A stretch of 64,000 bases of DNA from an uncultured archaeon (GTDB lineage: Archaea > Nanohalarchaeota > Nanosalinia > Nanosalinales > Nanoanaerosalinaceae). The stretch lies in the NCBI GenBank assembly GCA_964517675.1, contig CAZFEL010000001.1, positions 387,588 to 451,587 on the forward strand. Direction: 5' to 3'. Position numbers and translations under genes: made by a program. The notes beneath the pieces were generated by a model, which was not told the DNA's origin, did no database searches, and was given only the letters and a program-made list of their open reading frames with translations. How positions within the stretch are numbered: the stretch's first letter is position 1; the number at the start of each line of letters is the position of its first letter. Below, in pieces: positions 42,371 through 51,298 of the stretch.

Positions 42371-43717
42371 CTACTGGTCATCGTCGGTGTCGCTGCCTTT
42401 TTCCTCTTCGTCCCCCTCATCTCTTTCATCGTCCTCCAGGTTCTGTGCCTTGTCGCGGAGCACACCGGCGTACGGGACAGGGTTCTCGAAGTTCTCCAGC
42501 ATCTGGCGGTCCTCCTCTTCGTCGAGGACGCCGATGTCCTGGTACCAGCCCTTAGCACCGAAGTTCGGCGGCATCAGGGGCTCGTCCTGCTTGCGGTGCC
42601 ACTGGAGCTGGGTCTTGATGTAGTTATCACCGAGAGATTCTTTGTTCCGGTCGTTCCACTCCCAGATCTCTTTTTCGACCGCATCCCAGTCATAGCCGAC
42701 CTGCCTGAGGAAGGTCGCGAGGATGAAAAGAGCACGCTTCCGCCCGTCGTCCAGTCCGCCCAGGATGCGCTTGATCGGGGCGGGGAAATGCTCCTGGGCG
42801 AGGGCCTCGTCCGGGATGTCATAGTCTGTGTCCTTCCGCTTTTTGGACTCCTCTTCCTCCGCCCGCTGACGTGAGAGCCAGTCCAGGGCCTCGACGGCGA
42901 GATCGGTGGCCTCGCCTTCGGTGTACTCGTCCAGGAACCGGTGCTGTACCTCGGCCTCCAGCATCCTGGCGTCGTCCTTCTCGAAGTCTTCGATCTCGTC
43001 CAGTCCGATCGGAAGAGACACTAGCGTCCCGTAGGGGCCGTCGATGGTCTTCTCGTTGACCGAGTACGGCATCCGGAACAGGTGCCGCTTACCCCAGTCG
43101 TTCTCGATGTCTGCGATCTCGTAGGGGCCTTCTTCGCTCAGTATGTCCTCCTTGCGGGGATCGATCTCGCGGAACGCCTCCGCCAGCCGGTCGTGGAGCC
43201 GCTCGCGAAGGTAGCCGACGATCGCCTGGGGCAGCTTCGGGTACAGTTTCTCGATATCGGTCCCGCCGATCCGGTCTGGGAACGATTCCGCCCGGACACC
43301 GATGTGGAACCCGCGGTTGCCGGAGAACTTGACCGAGATGGTCTCCTCGCTGATCCCGTGGAGGGTGAGCTCATCGATGACGCCTTTGGCAGCCTCTTTC
43401 GCAAATGCCATCCCGTCGTCGGCATCGATGTCGATGACGAGGTCCCAGCCGGTCCGGAGCTTGTCCTGGTCGGTGGTATCGATGAGGAGAGGGTTCTTCC
43501 ATCGCTCGACGGAGCCGTGGAACGCGATCGCGCCCTTCTCGGCGAAGGCACGGAAGTCACCGGGGAAATTGATCGCATCCGGCCGCGAGCCGTAGCCTTT
43601 GGGGTATGTCGGGGCGAACTCGCGGTACTCCGCCAGACGGACCATCTCGTCGACGATATCGTCCTGGAGGTAGTACCGCTTGATGCGATCTTTCTGTCCG
43701 TCGCCGAGGTCGACCAT
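42371..43717 (-). CDS. priS: single-chain DNA primase: PriS catalytic domain fused to a PriL-C-terminal-domain-like module; cysteine-free
   Basis: DLVIDIDADD and SGNRGFH catalytic motifs. The C-terminal FPAPIKRIL..RALFILATFLRQVG..YIKTQLQWH..MPPNF aligns to PPCIK..RFxLxxFL..TRYQVEH..PPSC of PriL-CTD. MVDLGDGQ start at 43717. Confidence 0.85.
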   Translation of the reverse strand: MVDLGDGQKDRIKRYYLQDDIVDEMVRLAEYREFAPTYPKGYGSRPDAINFPGDFRAFAEKGAIAFHGSVERWKNPLLIDTTDQDKLRTGWDLVIDIDADDGMAFAKEAAKGVIDELTLHGISEETISVKFSGNRGFHIGVRAESFPDRIGGTDIEKLYPKLPQAIVGYLRERLHDRLAEAFREIDPRKEDILSEEGPYEIADIENDWGKRHLFRMPYSVNEKTIDGPYGTLVSLPIGLDEIEDFEKDDARMLEAEVQHRFLDEYTEGEATDLAVEALDWLSRQRAEEEESKKRKDTDYDIPDEALAQEHFPAPIKRILGGLDDGRKRALFILATFLRQVGYDWDAVEKEIWEWNDRNKESLGDNYIKTQLQWHRKQDEPLMPPNFGAKGWYQDIGVLDEEEDRQMLENFENPVPYAGVLRDKAQNLEDDERDEGDEEEKGSDTDDDQ

Positions 43718-43802
43718 GCCTGATGATTCCCTTTTAAACCGTAATAAAGTATGGTGCCGGTCCCGTGGAACGTTTTTATTGGAGCCGGACAAACACTGCC
43801 CC

Positions 43803-44321
43803 ATGCTGTGGCTCCTTGCTGTCCCGGTGGTCTTTTTCCTCCTTGCCGCGATCGCGGTGGTCGGGTTCTACTGGTACACCGCCCGCCGGCTGGACGAGCG
43901 CCTGGAAGAGGTCCAGGATGCCCTGACGGAGGTCCGGGAGGGCCTGGCACTGGAGTACCGGCTGTTCGATGACCTGACCGATGTCGCAGCGAGCTACATG
44001 AAACACCAACGCAAGGAACTGGACCGGCTCGGGGAGCTGTCCCCGGATGTCGGTTCGACGGTCAAGGCGCTCAAAGACAGTCGCGAGCGGATGCTTGAGT
44101 TGAAGATCGATTTCCTGAGCTCGGTCCAGGACTACCCGGAGCTCACGGACGACCAGGAGTTCCAGCGGGTCCTCGGGAAACTCGAGGATGCCCGTTCACG
44201 GAGGGAACGGCGCATCCAGGAGTACGAGGAGGCGGCAGAGGCGTACAACGATCTGGTCCGTGCGTTCCCGACCCGGCACGTTGCCGAGCGGGAAGGGTAC
44301 AGCTGGGTCCGCTCGTTCTGA
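43803..44321 (+). CDS. lemA: LemA-family membrane protein
   Basis: N-terminal TM MLWLLAVPVVFFLLAAIAVVGFYWY followed by LemA-like helices (..YPELTDDQEFQRVLGKLED..YNDLVRAFPT). tttttatt box about 25 nt upstream. Confidence 0.8.
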   Translation: MLWLLAVPVVFFLLAAIAVVGFYWYTARRLDERLEEVQDALTEVREGLALEYRLFDDLTDVAASYMKHQRKELDRLGELSPDVGSTVKALKDSRERMLELKIDFLSSVQDYPELTDDQEFQRVLGKLEDARSRRERRIQEYEEAAEAYNDLVRAFPTRHVAEREGYSWVRSF

Positions 44322-45259
44322 TGCCAATATTTTTAGTGGGCTGTCTCCCAGTACAGACCATGTCCGCGGACACGGCCCGGCAGAGTACGGGTTCTTCGAT
44401 GAAGTACGTGGTGGTCCTTGCCGTCTTCGTGGTCATCGTTGCCGGGGTTATCGCTCTCGGGGACCTGCCCCAGGGCGAGGATGCCTTCGAGACGCTGGCG
44501 TTCGTCGTGGTCGGCTTCCTCGGTGGGGTGATGGGCATCATGTGGGGCTTCGATGAGTACAGGAGGACGAGCCTGATCCGCAACACACCGACCTCGAAGG
44601 TCCGGTCGATGGCGATGGGCCTGGTCGAGGTCAAAGGAACCACAAAGGTCGCGGATGAATCCCTCGAGTCACCGTTCAGCGGTGAGGACTGTGTCTTCTA
44701 TAAATACGAGGTCGAGGAGTACCGGCGCCAGGGCAAGCACAGCCGCTGGGTGACGATTGACTCGGGCCGGAACGGCGCCTCGTTCTACATCGATGATGGC
44801 ACCGGGCAGGTCCTGGTCGATCCCCGCGGCGCCGAACTCGAGGTCCCTGCGGACAACACGATCGAGGTCGAGGGAGGCGAGGTGCCACCGTACGAGGTCA
44901 CCGATTTCATCGAGAACGCCGAGGAGGTCGATTCTGAGGACAACTCCGTCGATCTTGGGATCGCTGAGGTCGATACCGGCAATGATCGCCGGTACACGGA
45001 GTACTATGTCACGCCAGGAGAGGACGTGTACGTCTTCGGCAAGGCGATGGAACGACCGTCCTTCGAGGGCTCATCGCGGAACGAGGAAAACATCGTGATC
45101 AACCAGGACGATCACACCCCGATGTTCATGATCTCTGATTCCTCCGAGAAAGAACTCGTCTCCTCGCTGAAGTGGCGGACCTACGGGGGGCTGATCGGCG
45201 GGACGATCGTCTCGATCGCGTGCTTCGGGTTCCTCCTTGGCCTGGTCGGGCTCCTGTAG
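44321..45259 (+). CDS. membrane protein with a GIDE-like (E3-ligase-named) domain
   Basis: TM helices flank RNTPTSKVRSMAMGLVEVKGT..SPFSGEDCVFYKYEVEEY..FYIDDGTGQVLVDP, typical of GIDE. The ATG overlaps the lemA stop by 1 nt; an alternative start is at 44399. Confidence 0.7.
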   Translation: MPIFLVGCLPVQTMSADTARQSTGSSMKYVVVLAVFVVIVAGVIALGDLPQGEDAFETLAFVVVGFLGGVMGIMWGFDEYRRTSLIRNTPTSKVRSMAMGLVEVKGTTKVADESLESPFSGEDCVFYKYEVEEYRRQGKHSRWVTIDSGRNGASFYIDDGTGQVLVDPRGAELEVPADNTIEVEGGEVPPYEVTDFIENAEEVDSEDNSVDLGIAEVDTGNDRRYTEYYVTPGEDVYVFGKAMERPSFEGSSRNEENIVINQDDHTPMFMISDSSEKELVSSLKWRTYGGLIGGTIVSIACFGFLLGLVGLL

Positions 45260-45303
45260 TAACACTTTTTTAGTCGCTGCTACCAATCAGGGGATGTGAT
45301 AGG

Positions 45304-45885
45304 ATGGTATCAGGTCAGACCCTTTTCGGACTGGTCGCTGGCGGTATCATCGTCGGCGCCATCCTCATCTACGCCGTGATGATGTACAACGGGCTCATCA
45401 GGCTGCGCAAGAACATCGATGAGGCATGGAGCAACATCGAGGTTCTCCTGAAACAGCGCAGCGATGAGCTGCCGAAGCTGATCGATACGGCACAGGAGTA
45501 CATGGACTACGAGCGCGATGTACTCCAGGACGTCACCGAGGCCCGGACGGAGGTCCAGCAGGCCAACAGTCCTGGTGAGGCGGCGGATGCCAACGAGGCA
45601 CTCCGTGGAGCACTCGGTGAGTTCTTCGCGGTCGCTGAGGATTACCCGGAGCTGAAGGCGAACACGAACTTCCAGCAGCTCCAGGACAGGATCTCATCGA
45701 TCGAGGAACAGATCGCTGACCGTCGTGAGTTCTACAACGACTCGGTGAACACCTACAACATCCGTATCGATCAGATCCCGTACAACATCATGGCGAACCT
45801 GATGGGGTACACGGAGAAGGACCTGTTTGAGGCCTCCGAAGAGGCCAAACAGGATGTTGACATCGGACAGGCGTTCAACAACTGA
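45304..45885 (+). CDS. lemA: LemA-family membrane protein (canonical)
   Basis: YNGLIRLRKNIDEAWSNIEVLLKQRSDELPKLI..YPELKANTNFQQLQ..REFYNDSVNTYN. Confidence 0.9.
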   Translation: MVSGQTLFGLVAGGIIVGAILIYAVMMYNGLIRLRKNIDEAWSNIEVLLKQRSDELPKLIDTAQEYMDYERDVLQDVTEARTEVQQANSPGEAADANEALRGALGEFFAVAEDYPELKANTNFQQLQDRISSIEEQIADRREFYNDSVNTYNIRIDQIPYNIMANLMGYTEKDLFEASEEAKQDVDIGQAFNN

Positions 45886-45912
45886 GCGCCGTCCATTTCC
45901 CTTTCTTTTTCC

Positions 45913-46395
45913 TCATTGGATGATTCTGTCTCCGTGCCTGATAGCAACCAGGCCGGCGGCTGTCCCGATCATCATCCCGACGATGACGTCTGATGGGTAA
46001 TGGACGCCGAGGATAACCCGTGTCAGCCCAACAATGGAAGCAAGGCTGAGGAAAAGCGTCTTCAGGTTCTCGAAACGGTCAGAGAGAACGACGGCGGTCC
46101 CGAAAGCAAGCGTTGCATGGCCGGAGGGGAACGAAGGTGTCAGCGGGGTGAGCGAACCGATTCCGGGCCGCGGTCGCATGATCAGATATTTGAGGAGAAG
46201 TGTTGTCCCGCCCCCGATGATCGAGGCCATCACCAGCCGCAGAGAGGTGTTCCGTTCGCCCCCGCCATACAGCACGAGGACGAACACGGCTGTGAGGGTG
46301 ACGGAGCCTAGTGTCGTCAGGCTGAGGGCTGCACCGGAGAGAAGCGGTGCCTCTGGTGCTGCTATGGCGGCTGTGAGAGCTGATTCACCGATCAT
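45913..46395 (-). CDS. PAP2-family membrane phosphatase
   Basis: RPRP, SFPSGHA and GVHYPSDV motifs. Confidence 0.85.
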   Translation of the reverse strand: MIGESALTAAIAAPEAPLLSGAALSLTTLGSVTLTAVFVLVLYGGGERNTSLRLVMASIIGGGTTLLLKYLIMRPRPGIGSLTPLTPSFPSGHATLAFGTAVVLSDRFENLKTLFLSLASIVGLTRVILGVHYPSDVIVGMMIGTAAGLVAIRHGDRIIQ

Positions 46396-47144
46396 TCTTC
46401 CTCGATGCGGGGAGCGAGGATGAACCCGAGCTTGAGCTTATCAGGGACCTCGAAGTCCATCCGCATGGGGAAGTCATCGCCCAGCCGGACGGTCATCGTG
46501 TCCGAGAGCTTCTCGGCCTTCATCATCTTGTTCAGGTAGTCCAGTGAGAACATCGAATGGACCATGCCGTCGCCGGAGAGGTCCATAAGCCCGTCGCTAC
46601 CTTTCTCGATCCGGAACTCGGCGTTGGAGTTGTCGCCTTCCGCCCGGATGGTGACCGCATCGCCGTCTGCTTCGATGGTGACTGCATCCCCGACGACCTG
46701 GGCGTCGCCAACCCCGTCCGCGAACACGGAGGATTTGAAGTCCGCCTCGACGGAGAACTCGAGATTGTCGGTCGAGGGGACATCTTCCTCGTCGATGTTG
46801 AGAAGCGGGATGGAGAACGTCCGGGTGGAGTTGTTCTCCATCGTCAGGACAAGCTTGGAATCGTCGCTGAGCTCCAGTGTGACGGTGTCGGAGCTGTTGG
46901 CGCGTCTGAGTATGGAATAAAGTTTCTCCAGGTTGACACCAATCTCGTCTTCCTCATCGACCTCGTAGGTCTCGAATGCGTCCTTCTCGAGGGTGAAATC
47001 GACGAGTGCGACCATGGCCGGGTCTGCGGCCACGAGGTTCAGCCCGTCGTCGCGGATCTTGAACCTGCCCTCGGAGATAAGGTTTGAGATTGCCTGGAGG
47101 CTGTCTTTGAGTAGCTTTGTATCGTTGAGTTCTGCTTTGAACAT
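46392..47144 (-). CDS. pcn: DNA polymerase sliding clamp PCNA
   Basis: MFKAELNDTKLLKDSLQAISNLISEG... Two-domain length. The ORF-track start at 47153 is a GTG. Confidence 0.95.
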   Translation of the reverse strand: MFKAELNDTKLLKDSLQAISNLISEGRFKIRDDGLNLVAADPAMVALVDFTLEKDAFETYEVDEEDEIGVNLEKLYSILRRANSSDTVTLELSDDSKLVLTMENNSTRTFSIPLLNIDEEDVPSTDNLEFSVEADFKSSVFADGVGDAQVVGDAVTIEADGDAVTIRAEGDNSNAEFRIEKGSDGLMDLSGDGMVHSMFSLDYLNKMMKAEKLSDTMTVRLGDDFPMRMDFEVPDKLKLGFILAPRIEEE

Positions 47145-47153
47145 TGTACGCAC

Positions 47154-47477
47154 CTACAGATGTGTCACCGTGTCCCTGACTTCCTCGTAGAGGTCGGTAT
47201 CGACATCGTCCATCGACTGGACGATCTCGCCCTGTATCTCGAAGCTCTCGGGGGTGGGCAGGACACGTCCAAGCACCCTGACCCTGTCGTTTTCCTCGAG
47301 GACCTCGATATCGTCCGCATCGAGGAAGACCTCTGTGGTCCCGGTACCGTCATCGATCATGATGGAGTCCTCATCGGTCTCCAGAACCGTCCCCGCGATG
47401 CGCACCCGGATGTCCTCGCGTGGGTCGATATCTTCGATCTGGCGTGGGCGGGCGGGTGCTCGCCTGTTGTCGGGCAT
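47154..47477 (-). CDS. OB-fold nucleic-acid-binding protein (RPA-related, tRNA_anti-like)
   Basis: IRVRIAGTVLETDEDSIMIDDGTGTTEVFLD..RVRVLGRV pattern. Adjacent to pcn. Confidence 0.6.
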   Translation of the reverse strand: MPDNRRAPARPRQIEDIDPREDIRVRIAGTVLETDEDSIMIDDGTGTTEVFLDADDIEVLEENDRVRVLGRVLPTPESFEIQGEIVQSMDDVDTDLYEEVRDTVTHL

Positions 47478-47499
47478 GGTACCGGTTTCCCGACAAGAG

Positions 47500-47507
47500 A
47501 TTTAAAG
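47500..47507 (-). promoter_or_regulatory. TATA-like box for the OB-fold/pcn operon
   Basis: The minus strand reads ctttaaat, centred about 27 nt upstream of the ATG at 47477. Confidence 0.4.
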
Positions 47508-47539
47508 CTTGCTGGAGGCGTCGCATCCTCCGTCGTGAG

Positions 47540-47545
47540 AAAAAA
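47540..47545 (-). terminator. oligo-T tract after the small membrane gene
   Basis: The minus strand reads TTTTTT about 25 nt after the stop at 47568, next to the hairpin ggagg-cgtcgcat-cctcc. Confidence 0.35.
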
Positions 47546-47567
47546 GGGAGCCGTGGGAGTGGAGGGC

Positions 47568-47807
47568 CTACGGTTCCTTCCACATCCCGGAGAGGATCGC
47601 CGATGCAACGATGATCGTGGCGGATAGCACGGCGAAGTCCCCTGACGGGGAGTAGCCCGCTATCTCTGCACCTGTCCCGACCACAAAGACGGTCAGGAAA
47701 AACGACAGGATCGCCACGACGAGCATCACGATTGATGCGATGATGTTGCCGACGACGTCACCGAGAGCGTCTGCGAGTGATGTCACTGTTTCACCTCCAT
47801 GGCCCAT
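47568..47807 (-). CDS. hypothetical small membrane protein (2 TM)
   Basis: 79 aa, hydrophobic with acidic ends. No homologue recognised. Confidence 0.5.
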   Translation of the reverse strand: MGHGGETVTSLADALGDVVGNIIASIVMLVVAILSFFLTVFVVGTGAEIAGYSPSGDFAVLSATIIVASAILSGMWKEP

Positions 47808-47858
47808 TCAGGCCGCTGCTACAAAAGCTTTTAACGACTCGGCGGGTAGACGGTGCTG

Positions 47859-49007
47859 ATGCGGAACGAGATCAAGGTCGACGGTACGACGGTCGTCCTG
47901 CTCGGGACGGCCCACGTCTCCGAGCACTCGGTCACCGAGGTCGAGGACACGATCACCGAGATCGATCCGGACAGGGTCTGTGTCGAGCTCGATGAAGGAC
48001 GACTGGCAGCCCTCCGCGAGGAGGATACCTGGCAGGACAGGGACGTCGCCAGCGTCATCGCGGACGGGGACGGGTACATGTTGCTTTTCAACGTCCTGCT
48101 GTCGATCTACCAGCGACAGATCGGGGCCGACCTCGATATCAGACCGGGGGCCGAGATGCTCGCCGCGGTGGACGCGGCCGAGGCCGCCGGGAAAGAGAGC
48201 GATCTGATCGACCGCGATATCAACGTGACGCTGAAACGAGCGATGAACGGGCTCTCGATCCTCGAGAAGCTCCGGCTGATGAACACGGCCATCGAGGGCT
48301 TTTTCATCGAGGAGGATATCGAGGTAGAGGAGCTGAAAGACGAGGACATGCTCCACCAGGTCGTCACCGCGTTCGCCGGCAGGTTCCCGCACCTGAAAGA
48401 GGTCTTGATCGATGAACGGGACGTCTACATGGCCCAGCGGATCCGGGAGATCGATGCGGACACTGTCCTGGCGGTCGTCGGTGCGGGACATCTCGAAGGC
48501 ATCAAGGCGCGGCTGCAGGAGGAGGCAGAACAGGATACACGGGATCTGGAGGCGACCGACCCCGGCTTCGGCTGGTTCCGGACGGCGAAATACATCATCC
48601 CGGCGGCTATCGTCGGGATGTTCGCCTATGGCGCCTTCAACCTTGGTTCAGCGGTCGCGACGGATATGCTGATCTACTGGTTCGGCCTCAACGCCACGAC
48701 GGCGGCCCTGGGGGCGGTTGCTGCCCGGGCAAGCCTCCTGACGGTTCTTGTCGCTGCGATAGGTGCCCCGTTCACATCGATCAACCCGGCGATGCCTGCC
48801 GGACTGGTGGCTGCCTACGCCCAGAACCGAGCCGATCCGCCACGGGTCGAGGACATGGAGGGGCTGGGGGAGATAGCGACATACCGTGCGATGTGGTCCA
48901 ACAGGGCGACGAAGCTGCTGCTGGTGTTCTTTTTCGTCAACCTGGGCAGCGCTGTCTCGACATTCATCGGTGCTGGTGTCCTTGCCAGGCTGGCCGGGTT
49001 AGTATAG
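47859..49007 (+). CDS. TraB/PrgY-family protein with a C-terminal membrane domain
   Basis: TVVLLGTAHVSEHSVTEVEDTI..PDRVCVELDEGR..GAEMLAA..VVGAGHLEGI. First ATG at 47859; the ORF-track GTG is at 47853. Confidence 0.85.
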   Translation: MRNEIKVDGTTVVLLGTAHVSEHSVTEVEDTITEIDPDRVCVELDEGRLAALREEDTWQDRDVASVIADGDGYMLLFNVLLSIYQRQIGADLDIRPGAEMLAAVDAAEAAGKESDLIDRDINVTLKRAMNGLSILEKLRLMNTAIEGFFIEEDIEVEELKDEDMLHQVVTAFAGRFPHLKEVLIDERDVYMAQRIREIDADTVLAVVGAGHLEGIKARLQEEAEQDTRDLEATDPGFGWFRTAKYIIPAAIVGMFAYGAFNLGSAVATDMLIYWFGLNATTAALGAVAARASLLTVLVAAIGAPFTSINPAMPAGLVAAYAQNRADPPRVEDMEGLGEIATYRAMWSNRATKLLLVFFFVNLGSAVSTFIGAGVLARLAGLV

Positions 49008-49529
49008 CTTTGAGAGGAGCGCTTTCTCGATTCCCTCGGCCTCGAGGATCTTCCCGTCGTAGACACGACCCTCTCGTTTCATGTACGACCGGCCCAGCTC
49101 CTCGGCCAGGGTCTGGACAGGGTCATGGCCGTCCGGTCGCGGTGCGTTCTCGAGGTCGTCCTCGACGTTGAGATGGAGGATGCCTTCCAGACCGGAATCC
49201 GGCATCAGGTCGATGAACGCCCTGTATCGGTCCGCCGCGGTCGGGTCCCCGCGTCCGAAGGTGTAGGTATCCGGGACCACCAGGACGGAGTCGTCCGGGT
49301 ACTCGTGGTCGAACAGGTCGGCCTGCTCGATGTCGTCGCGGTCGTAGTCTTCGGCCGCAATCCTGTGCGGAGTGATGTCGGTCTCCGCTTCGAGGGCCTC
49401 CAGAAGGTGATCGAACTCGGCGTCGTTCTCGTTGCGGTACTCGCTCACCCCGACGAGGTAGGCCTCGATATGGCTGGGTTCGTTGAGCTCCTGGTACAGT
49501 GCCTGACCGAGCTCGTCATGTGAAAGCAT
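48999..49529 (-). CDS. hypothetical acidic protein
   Basis: 176-aa acidic ORF that overlaps the tfs stop by 1 nt. No homologue recognised. Confidence 0.6.
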   Translation of the reverse strand: MLSHDELGQALYQELNEPSHIEAYLVGVSEYRNENDAEFDHLLEALEAETDITPHRIAAEDYDRDDIEQADLFDHEYPDDSVLVVPDTYTFGRGDPTAADRYRAFIDLMPDSGLEGILHLNVEDDLENAPRPDGHDPVQTLAEELGRSYMKREGRVYDGKILEAEGIEKALLSKLY

Positions 49530-49852
49530 CAGTCGTACTCACGCCAGGTGTTGCCACACTCGGTGCATTTGAAGAAACGTGTTTCCGGCTCATCGGCCGC
49601 ACGGGTCTGTTCCATCCACCAGTGTGCCTTGTCGTTCCCGCACTCGTCGCAGTCCTCCTCGGTGACAGGCATGCTCTCGTCGTCGCTGCCTTCACCGATG
49701 AGATTTTTGTCTTCCTCATCCTTCGTCTCGGTGATTACCATGCCGCCGTCTTCTTTCCTGTACTGTTCACCGCAGTTCCTGCATTTGAACTGCGTTTCCC
49801 CGGCTTCTTTCTCGGGGACGATCATACCGTCGCATTCGTCACAGAAGTTCAT
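49529..49852 (-). CDS. tfs: transcription factor S (TFS/RpoM-like)
   Basis: Two zinc ribbons (CDECDG..CRNCG and CDECGN..CTECG) and the acidic hairpin QTRAADEPETRFF. Confidence 0.9.
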   Translation of the reverse strand: MNFCDECDGMIVPEKEAGETQFKCRNCGEQYRKEDGGMVITETKDEEDKNLIGEGSDDESMPVTEEDCDECGNDKAHWWMEQTRAADEPETRFFKCTECGNTWREYD

Positions 49853-49920
49853 GGTATCCCTGCTCTGGAGACGTGATGTACTCTATTCCACGTTTACCTT
49901 CAATCTTAAAAGTCCTGCGT

Positions 49921-50472
49921 TCAGCAGGTGTACTGGACCGCTGGATGGTCGGCGGGCAACTGCAGCCTGTAGAACAGGCAGGTCGGGATGAACTTGAGAT
50001 GGGCCAGCTCGGGGATGGTGAAAAGGAGCTTGCCCTCGATCTGGTCCGCCGTGATGTTCTGTTCTGCCTGGACCAGTTCTGTCCCTTCAGGACAGTCAGG
50101 TCCGGCCTTGAAGCCGTTGTCCCAGATACAGTAGGTTATCTGGCCGTCGTTCGCATCGCCCTTGGTCGCGACGGTGCCGTTTTCCTTCTCGATGACCCGA
50201 TGGATCAGCGGCGGCCTGTTCTGGTTGATGATCTCGTATGTGCTCTCGAAGACGATGACATCACCCTCGTCGATGTCCTCCATCGAGGCGCCACGGACGA
50301 CGATGATATCGCCCCGTTCGAATGCCGGCTCCATCGAGTTCGAGACGACGGAGACGATCGGTGTCTCCGTGCCAAGCCCCGCCCCGATCGTCTGGTAGAA
50401 TGTGAACGCCACGAGCAGCGCGGTCAGCAGGAAAAAGATCCACTCCTCTATCTCATCGACCAGGTCCATCAT
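49921..50472 (-). CDS. archaeal type I signal peptidase (S26B/Sec11-like)
   Basis: N-terminal TM, SNSMEP serine motif, IHRV and TKGDAND. The ATG at 50472 overlaps the upstream stop (ATGA). Confidence 0.85.
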   Translation of the reverse strand: MMDLVDEIEEWIFFLLTALLVAFTFYQTIGAGLGTETPIVSVVSNSMEPAFERGDIIVVRGASMEDIDEGDVIVFESTYEIINQNRPPLIHRVIEKENGTVATKGDANDGQITYCIWDNGFKAGPDCPEGTELVQAEQNITADQIEGKLLFTIPELAHLKFIPTCLFYRLQLPADHPAVQYTC

Positions 50473-51044
50473 GGACCACCTTTGGACTCGCCCGTTTTTA
50501 TGCCTGCGGCGATGAGATGGGCGACCCGGACCGGTTCCGGCAGGTTCCCCTGTGCCATCGCGACATCGATGTAGTCTTTTGCCTCCGCGGGCTCGATTCC
50601 GGCGCACTGGAACGAGAGCCGGCCGTCATCGTACCGGTGGACGGTACCGGCCCGTTCGATCGCCTCGTGACGATCGTCCGCATCCGCTGTGTTTGCTATC
50701 GCATCAGCAACGGCATCGAAATCTGGTTCATCGCGGTTGACGGCGATGACGGGTCGGTGTGTCCTCTCGGCCAGGTCCTGGAGGTCGACGACGTTGAGCC
50801 CTGCGTAGGTGATTCCGTCCAGCATGATCGCCCGTGTCTGGTCGTGCTGGCGCGATCCCAGGAGCATTTCTGCAATCGTGTCTGTTGCATCCATCCCGTC
50901 GACGGTGACCGTGGTCGAAAGGACTGCTTCAAGTGTCCTGGACCCCCTGAGAATGCAGCCGATGACCTCCGTGGTCTCATCATCGAAGGCGAACGGGGCG
51001 TCGTCGAGGCCGAGGATACGTATCTCGGGCTTGGGGGACATCAC
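50469..51044 (-). CDS. DUF99/UPF0215 (endonuclease V-like fold) protein
   Basis: IRILGLDDAPF and ITYAGLNVVD pattern. Confidence 0.8.
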   Translation of the reverse strand: MMSPKPEIRILGLDDAPFAFDDETTEVIGCILRGSRTLEAVLSTTVTVDGMDATDTIAEMLLGSRQHDQTRAIMLDGITYAGLNVVDLQDLAERTHRPVIAVNRDEPDFDAVADAIANTADADDRHEAIERAGTVHRYDDGRLSFQCAGIEPAEAKDYIDVAMAQGNLPEPVRVAHLIAAGIKTGESKGGP

Positions 51045-51292
51045 TCGGAGAGGGCCTCTCGGAAGTCCTCGATGTCCTGCTGTGCCTTCGTTGCTGCCTC
51101 CGCGACATCATCAGCGGGGCTCTCGGAGTCGAAGACGAGCTTGGATGACCCGATGTAGGGGTGACCTTTGTCGTAGCCGGCCGGGGACCCTGTCTCCCAG
51201 AGCTTGCTGCGGAGGAGGGTCATGACCGTGTGCTGTTTGTCCTCGGAGCTGAGGACGACGCGTCCATCGTCAGTATCTGCCTGTAGCTTCAT
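51041..51292 (-). CDS. rpoL: RNA polymerase subunit L (Rpo11)
   Basis: EDKQHTVMTLLRSKL..AGYDKGHPY pattern. Confidence 0.85.
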   Translation of the reverse strand: MKLQADTDDGRVVLSSEDKQHTVMTLLRSKLWETGSPAGYDKGHPYIGSSKLVFDSESPADDVAEAATKAQQDIEDFREALSE

Positions 51293-51298
51293 CGTGTC

